A stretch of 64,000 nt of DNA from a bacterium (GTDB taxonomy: Bacteria; UBA8248). The notes under the pieces were generated by a model. It worked only from the letters and a program-made list of their open reading frames with translations. It was not told the origin of the DNA and did no database searches. Positions within the stretch are counted from its first letter, which is position 1. The number at the start of each line of letters is the position of its first letter. Of this stretch, positions 59,385 to 64,000 are shown piece by piece. Both the position numbers and the translations under genes were made by a program. The stretch lies in NCBI GenBank assembly GCA_965204535.1, contig CBDBEV010000001.1, positions 2,240,001-2,304,000 on the forward strand, given 5' to 3'.

Positions 59385-60779
59385 TTACTCCGAGCTTTTA
59401 GACGCGGCGCGCGCGACGAATCGGCCGTAGCCCGGCTCCTGCACCAGTTCCCCGTCCCGGAGGAGCGGCCTCCCGCGCAGGAGGCTGTGCTCCAGTTTCC
59501 CTTTGAGTTCCCATCCCTCGAATAGCGAGTAGTCGGAATTCGTGTGCTGCCCCGCCGCCGTCACTCTTGAACTCCCTTCGGGGTCGACCACGACGAGGTC
59601 GGCGTCGGAGCCGACGAGAAGCGCGCCTTTCTGCGGGTAGCAGCCAAGTGCGCGCGCGGGGTTCTCGCTCGTGAGCTGCACGAGGCGCTCGGCGGAAATC
59701 CTCCCGCGGGCGACGCCCTCGCTGTAGAGAACGGGCAGGAGCGTCTCGATGCCCGGCGCGCCGAAGGGCGATTCGGTGAAGGGCGGGTCGTTCTTCTGCG
59801 CCTTCGTGTAGGGGGCGTGATCGCTCCCGATGAGGCTGATCCATCCCTCCTCGATGCCCTTCCAGAGCGCCGCGATGTCCGCCTCCGCCCGCAGCGGAGG
59901 CGCCACCTTGGCCGGGGCGCCCATCTCCCGGATGGCATCTCCTGTGAGGGTCAAATACTGCGGGCAGGTTTCCACGACGATGTCCTTCCCGGCGGTCAGC
60001 CCGCGCCGCGCCTCATCCAGGGCCAGTTCCGCCGTCAAGTGAACGATGTAGAGCGGGCAGCCCGCGAGATCCGCCAGGCGGATCGATTTCGCGACCGACT
60101 CGGCTTCCAGCTCCGGCGGGCGCGAGTATTCCTGGAAGTCGGCGCCGTCCAGGCCTTCGCCAAAGGCCTTGTTCTCCAGGTAGTCGATGACGGGGCCGTT
60201 TTCGGCGTGGACGAGCACGGTGCCCCCGTGACGCCCCACGATATCGAGCGCCGCGTAGAAGTATTCGTCCGGGATGCAGCGCCCGCGGCCCCGCTTCTTG
60301 TAGCCCATCATGACCTTGAACGTCGTGACGCCGCCCTCGATGGCCCTGGGGATCTCGGCGAGGTAGTCGAAGTCCTCGAATATCCAGGCGTGCAGCGAAA
60401 AGTCGACCACGCTCCCCGCTTCGCCCTCCTCGCGGATGCGGTCCAGCGTGGTGAGCATGGTCTCGTTCTCCTCGCCCGTGGCGAAGACGACCATGGTGGT
60501 GACGCCCCCGTGGGCGGCGCTGCGGGCCACGTCGGCTAAGGAATCGATATGGCTGGAGTACGCCCGGCAGTGGACGTGGGGGTCGATGACGCCGGGCATG
60601 ACGAGCCTGCCCGTCACGTCCAGCACCTCAACGGCGGCGGGCATATTTTCCGGCGCGCCGATACAGGCGACCCTCCCGTCGCGGACGCCGAGAGCGGCCT
60701 CCTGGCGGCCCTGGCCGGATACGAGCGTGCCGCCCCTCACGAGCAGGTCGAGCGGTTTCTGACGGGTACTGTCTGACAT
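59385..60779 (-). CDS. Cyclic amidohydrolase (dihydropyrimidinase/allantoinase/dihydroorotase family)
   Basis: PGVIDPHVH, GGVTT, FKVMM, VHAEN, YIVHLT, ETCPQYL, GSDHAP. Confidence 0.9.
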   Translation of the reverse strand: MSDSTRQKPLDLLVRGGTLVSGQGRQEAALGVRDGRVACIGAPENMPAAVEVLDVTGRLVMPGVIDPHVHCRAYSSHIDSLADVARSAAHGGVTTMVVFATGEENETMLTTLDRIREEGEAGSVVDFSLHAWIFEDFDYLAEIPRAIEGGVTTFKVMMGYKKRGRGRCIPDEYFYAALDIVGRHGGTVLVHAENGPVIDYLENKAFGEGLDGADFQEYSRPPELEAESVAKSIRLADLAGCPLYIVHLTAELALDEARRGLTAGKDIVVETCPQYLTLTGDAIREMGAPAKVAPPLRAEADIAALWKGIEEGWISLIGSDHAPYTKAQKNDPPFTESPFGAPGIETLLPVLYSEGVARGRISAERLVQLTSENPARALGCYPQKGALLVGSDADLVVVDPEGSSRVTAAGQHTNSDYSLFEGWELKGKLEHSLLRGRPLLRDGELVQEPGYGRFVARAASKSSE

Positions 60780-61024
60780 GGAAAACCTCCCTTGCGGACG
60801 GCCGCCGGCGCCGGAACAGGCCCTTCACGCCCGCTCCTCTTATGGCGAAATGATCCGGCGGCGAAGCGGCAATCGAATTGTAATGCTTTCGCTGATGAAG
60901 GAGGAGCATACCATAAAACCCGCGTGGGTCGCCTGTTGATGGGGAATCGCAGCGGCGGGTCGCATCTATGCGGCTCCTGCAACAAAAGACTGGATTGCAA
61001 TGGGTCCGTTGGGGCCGTATAGAG

Positions 61025-61184
61025 AGTTGTTGAAAAAGCCCTCTTGCCAGGGAATAAAGGCAACCCCCCCTACCCCCCCTTGTCAGGGGGGTAAAAAAAG
61101 CAAAGCCCCTTCAACCCGGCGGGGACGTATCGCCTTTTCATACCCCCCTGTCAAGGGGGGGTAGGGGGGGTTGGTTTTTGAGTC
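61025..61184. mobile_element. Right-truncated TIR/poly-C palindrome element
   Basis: Left TIR gttgttgaaaaagcc and inner IR 61061-61173 match the 8525 element; no right TIR, runs directly into the higB remnant. Confidence 0.75.
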
Positions 61185-61223
61185 GAGGGCGCAACGGATG
61201 TGGACATAGAGGACTACCACTGA
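61185..61223 (+). pseudogene. higB: C-terminal remnant of HigB toxin
   Basis: Translates EGATDVDIEDYH-stop, the typical HigB end; TGA overlaps the higA ATG. Confidence 0.75.
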
Positions 61224-61528
61224 TGATCGAGAGACACCCTTCCATCGACCCGGCGCATCCGGGAGAAATCCTGCGCGAGGACGTACTGCCCGCCCTGGGC
61301 GTCAGCAAGACGGCGGTGGCCGCGGCCCTCGGCATATCCCGGCAGACGCTCTACGACATCCTGAACGAGAAGCAGCCGGTCACCGCCGAGATGGCGGTCC
61401 GCTTCGGCAAGCTCTTCGGCAACGGCCCGGGCTTCTGGAGCAACCTCCAGCGCAACTACGATCTGGCGCGCGCGGAACGGGCGGTGGACGTAAGCGGGAT
61501 ACCGACGCTCGAAGCGAGGGGCGTTTAG
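61223..61528 (+). CDS. higA: HigA family antitoxin (HTH)
   Basis: PAHPGEILREDVL, ALGISRQTL, VTAEMAVR, FWSNLQRNYDL; start moved to 61223. Confidence 0.93.
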   Translation: MIERHPSIDPAHPGEILREDVLPALGVSKTAVAAALGISRQTLYDILNEKQPVTAEMAVRFGKLFGNGPGFWSNLQRNYDLARAERAVDVSGIPTLEARGV

Positions 61529-61962
61529 GGGGTTGTTGAAAAAGGCCTCTCCTCAGGGGATAAAGGACAGCCCCTCCTCGGGGCTGTCCTGCCCCCCCTA
61601 CCCCCCCTTGTCAGGGGGTCTTTTTTTATTCCCCCCTGTCGGGGGGACCTTCTTCTACCGAGAAGAATTTTACATTCACTCCCCCCTTGAGGGTCGGTCT
61701 TTCCCCTCGGGAAGACCGACGGCAAGACGAGGGCGAAGCCCGAAGTCGCGCCGGTGGGGGGAGCTTTTATTTGTGGCATGTCCCCCCACCGAATCGGCCT
61801 TCGCACAAACCGCTCGGCCTCTTCGTCTGGCTTTCCCCTTGGGAAGCCAGACCCTCAAGGGGGGAGTTGATCCTTTTTTGCGGGGGTTGCCTTTTCATAC
61901 CCCCCTGTCAAGGGGGGTAGGGGGGGTTGGTTTTGTAGGGACAGGTCGCGACCTGTCCCTAC
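61529..61962. repeat. Nested repeat stack: left TIR, poly-C palindrome halves, CACTCCCCCCTTGAGGG inverted-repeat element and GTAG REP
   Basis: TIR at 61529; cactccccccttgaggg 61677 / ccctcaaggggggagt 61852-61867; gtagggacaggtcgcgacctgtccctac near 61935-61962. Confidence 0.85.
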
Positions 61963-62020
61963 GGATAAATCTAGAAGGTCGGGATTCACTCCCCCCCGAC
62001 ACTCCTGCCTGCGCCTGCCC

Positions 62021-64000
62021 CTACAGCGGCCCGAAATCGGGCGGGGGGACCCGGCGCTTCGAGGCCGCCTCGTAGGTCGAGGCGATCCGCAGCAGGACGT
62101 CCTCCCGGCCGGGTTCGGCGCGGAAGACGAGGGAAAACGGCAGGCCGGGCTCGGGGATGGTGGTGGCCTGATCGTTGTGGGCGGAGACGAACCGCGTCCC
62201 GTCCTCGCTGAGCTCGAATACCGGGTCGTAGGTCGTGCGCACGTAGCCCGCGGGCACGAGCATCTCGGTGAGCCCTGCGTTCGGGCCGCTCTGCGATTCG
62301 GGTCTTGAGTTCAGCAGGAGGCCGGGCTGGACCGCCCCGCCGATGATGGCCGGCGGGAACGGCGTGTGCAGCCTGACCAGGGCGTCCAGGTCGTTCTCCA
62401 GGATCACCATCATGTCCACGCGGCGCAAAAGCTCGCGCAGCATGATGCGCTCGTTCACCCCCTGCCGGCTCCCGTGGGGGTTGCGCGGGTCCGAGACTTC
62501 CTCCCAGTTCCTGAAGGCGGCGCGGTGGTCGTCCCCCCAGAATTTGGAGCGCGCGTTGAGCTCGGGAAAGCCCGTGATGGTCTCGCTGAAGCCGCGCGCC
62601 TCCCAGTCCTCCGCCCGGCGCGAGAGGTACTGGTGGATATGGTAGCGGAACGTCATGGCGAGTTCCTGCTGCTGCACGGTGGCGAGGTCGAGGTTCACGG
62701 GCTGCTCGATTCGGCCCTCGCCCATGGCGAGCATGTAGTCGATGGGCTGCATGGTTCCGGAGCCTAAGACGACGCCCGGCGCGAACTCGGTGGGGACGAT
62801 GGCTTCTGCGAACTCGGTGAAGAGCGGCCCGCCCTCGGGCGTGAGCCGGAACATGATGTCGGGCATGAAGACGGGGATGAGCCTGGCGAGCGCGCGGCGG
62901 AAATCCGTCTTCATGGTCTCGATCTCCGGATCCCCCGCCCAGAGCGGGTCGGTGGATTCCAGGAGCTTCGCGCCGAGCTTCCGGCCGAGGACTTCCTTTA
63001 TCTCCCGGCCCGCCGCGATGACGATGGGCTCTTCGGATTTCGAACCCCTCGGATAGACCATCGACTCGCGGATGACGCCGATACGCACGCCCTCCAGCGC
63101 GCCCGCCTCCCCGCTCGTTCTCACGTGCGACGCGTAGGGCGTATCCAGGACGGAGGAGCGCGGCACCGTCGTGAACGGGTCGCGCGGGTCGTAGTAGCCG
63201 TTCACCGGGTCCTTGAGGGCGTCGAGCACCCTGGCGCAATCGGCGAGTGATTTCGTGATGACGCCGCTCCTGTCGCAGTAGATGTCCGCCCCGATGGCGC
63301 CGCCGTCGAAGCCGAGCATCGCCTTGTGCGGCAGGATGAGCGCGACGGCGTTGTGGTTCGACGGCCCCCGGCAGGAGGCCCGCGTCTCCTCGCCCAGGCT
63401 CGCCATCACCATGTTGGTGCTCACCGAGAGGGCGGAGCCCGAACTCGACCCCAGAGAAGCCGCCCGCGTGGTGTCGTAGGGGTTCGAGGGGTTCCCGCCC
63501 CAGGTGCTGCGCTGGTAGCCCAGGACGGAGGGCAGCACCTTATCGGGCGCGTGCCGCCCGCCCGGATCGCCCGCGCGCCCGTTGTATTCGGTGCTGACGG
63601 CCTTGGCGAAGATGACGGCGCCCTTGTTCCTGAGCTGTTCGACGAGGATGTGGTCGCGCGCGGGGAAATCGATGTCGTAAGCCGCGTCGCCACCGCCCGT
63701 GGAGCGCATGTCCTTCGTGTCGAAGGGGTCCTTGAAGGAGAAGGTGACGCCGTACATCGGCATTTTCCCAAAATCGGGGTCGGCGCCGTACTCGGCGTCG
63801 AGCTCCGCCGCGCGCTCCAAGGCGTCGGGGTAGTGGCGGAAGACCTCGCACATGGGCGGCGCGCCGGGCGGCAGGGGGCCTTCCGCCGGATGCCGGTCGA
63901 AATCGCCCTTGCAGGTGACGGAGCGCTCGCCGCGGATGTTCAGGGTGGCGAGGGCGTTCACCTGGCCCGCGTTCGGGACCCCGACGATCATGCCGTATTG
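62021..64000 (-). CDS. Amidase signature family protein, 5' end outside the window
   Basis: FKDPFDT (Lys), GSSSGS, GEETRASCRGPS (nucleophile Ser); reading frame open to the window edge. Confidence 0.85.
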   Translation of the reverse strand, partial: QYGMIVGVPNAGQVNALATLNIRGERSVTCKGDFDRHPAEGPLPPGAPPMCEVFRHYPDALERAAELDAEYGADPDFGKMPMYGVTFSFKDPFDTKDMRSTGGGDAAYDIDFPARDHILVEQLRNKGAVIFAKAVSTEYNGRAGDPGGRHAPDKVLPSVLGYQRSTWGGNPSNPYDTTRAASLGSSSGSALSVSTNMVMASLGEETRASCRGPSNHNAVALILPHKAMLGFDGGAIGADIYCDRSGVITKSLADCARVLDALKDPVNGYYDPRDPFTTVPRSSVLDTPYASHVRTSGEAGALEGVRIGVIRESMVYPRGSKSEEPIVIAAGREIKEVLGRKLGAKLLESTDPLWAGDPEIETMKTDFRRALARLIPVFMPDIMFRLTPEGGPLFTEFAEAIVPTEFAPGVVLGSGTMQPIDYMLAMGEGRIEQPVNLDLATVQQQELAMTFRYHIHQYLSRRAEDWEARGFSETITGFPELNARSKFWGDDHRAAFRNWEEVSDPRNPHGSRQGVNERIMLRELLRRVDMMVILENDLDALVRLHTPFPPAIIGGAVQPGLLLNSRPESQSGPNAGLTEMLVPAGYVRTTYDPVFELSEDGTRFVSAHNDQATTIPEPGLPFSLVFRAEPGREDVLLRIASTYEAASKRRVPPPDFGPL

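Overview
A GC-rich bacterial chromosomal window dominated by nutrient scavenging, mostly of organic nitrogen. It carries hydantoinase/oxoprolinase A and B subunits, three luciferase-like monooxygenases, an aryl-CoA ligase, three tripartite tricarboxylate transporters, NitT/TauT and Liv-type ABC systems, a complete urtABCDE-ureABCEFGD urea locus, two short MetE-like enzymes, two amidohydrolases, MmgE/PrpD and a 5'-truncated amidase. An AT-richer cell-envelope glycosylation/methylation island occupies about 12.6-20.5 kb. The most unusual signal is non-coding: intergenic spaces hold nested palindromic repeat families (GTAG-type REPs, dRS3-like elements, poly-C/poly-G palindromes), often bracketed by one shared terminal inverted repeat (GGTTGTTGAAAAA). 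These elements show an internal inversion, covarying 26-bp micro-hairpins and the apparent deletion of most of a higB toxin gene. Also notable are two related membrane-anchored coiled-coil repeat proteins, a triplicated promoter segment, an FkbM remnant, a HAIR-like operator at hsp20 and 11-bp-phased boxes upstream of urtA. I saw no CRISPR array, rRNA, tRNA, transposase or integrase. All calls are by eye from motifs and context, with no database searches. The gene mix recalls uncultured marine or sponge-associated heterotrophs, but that is inference only.
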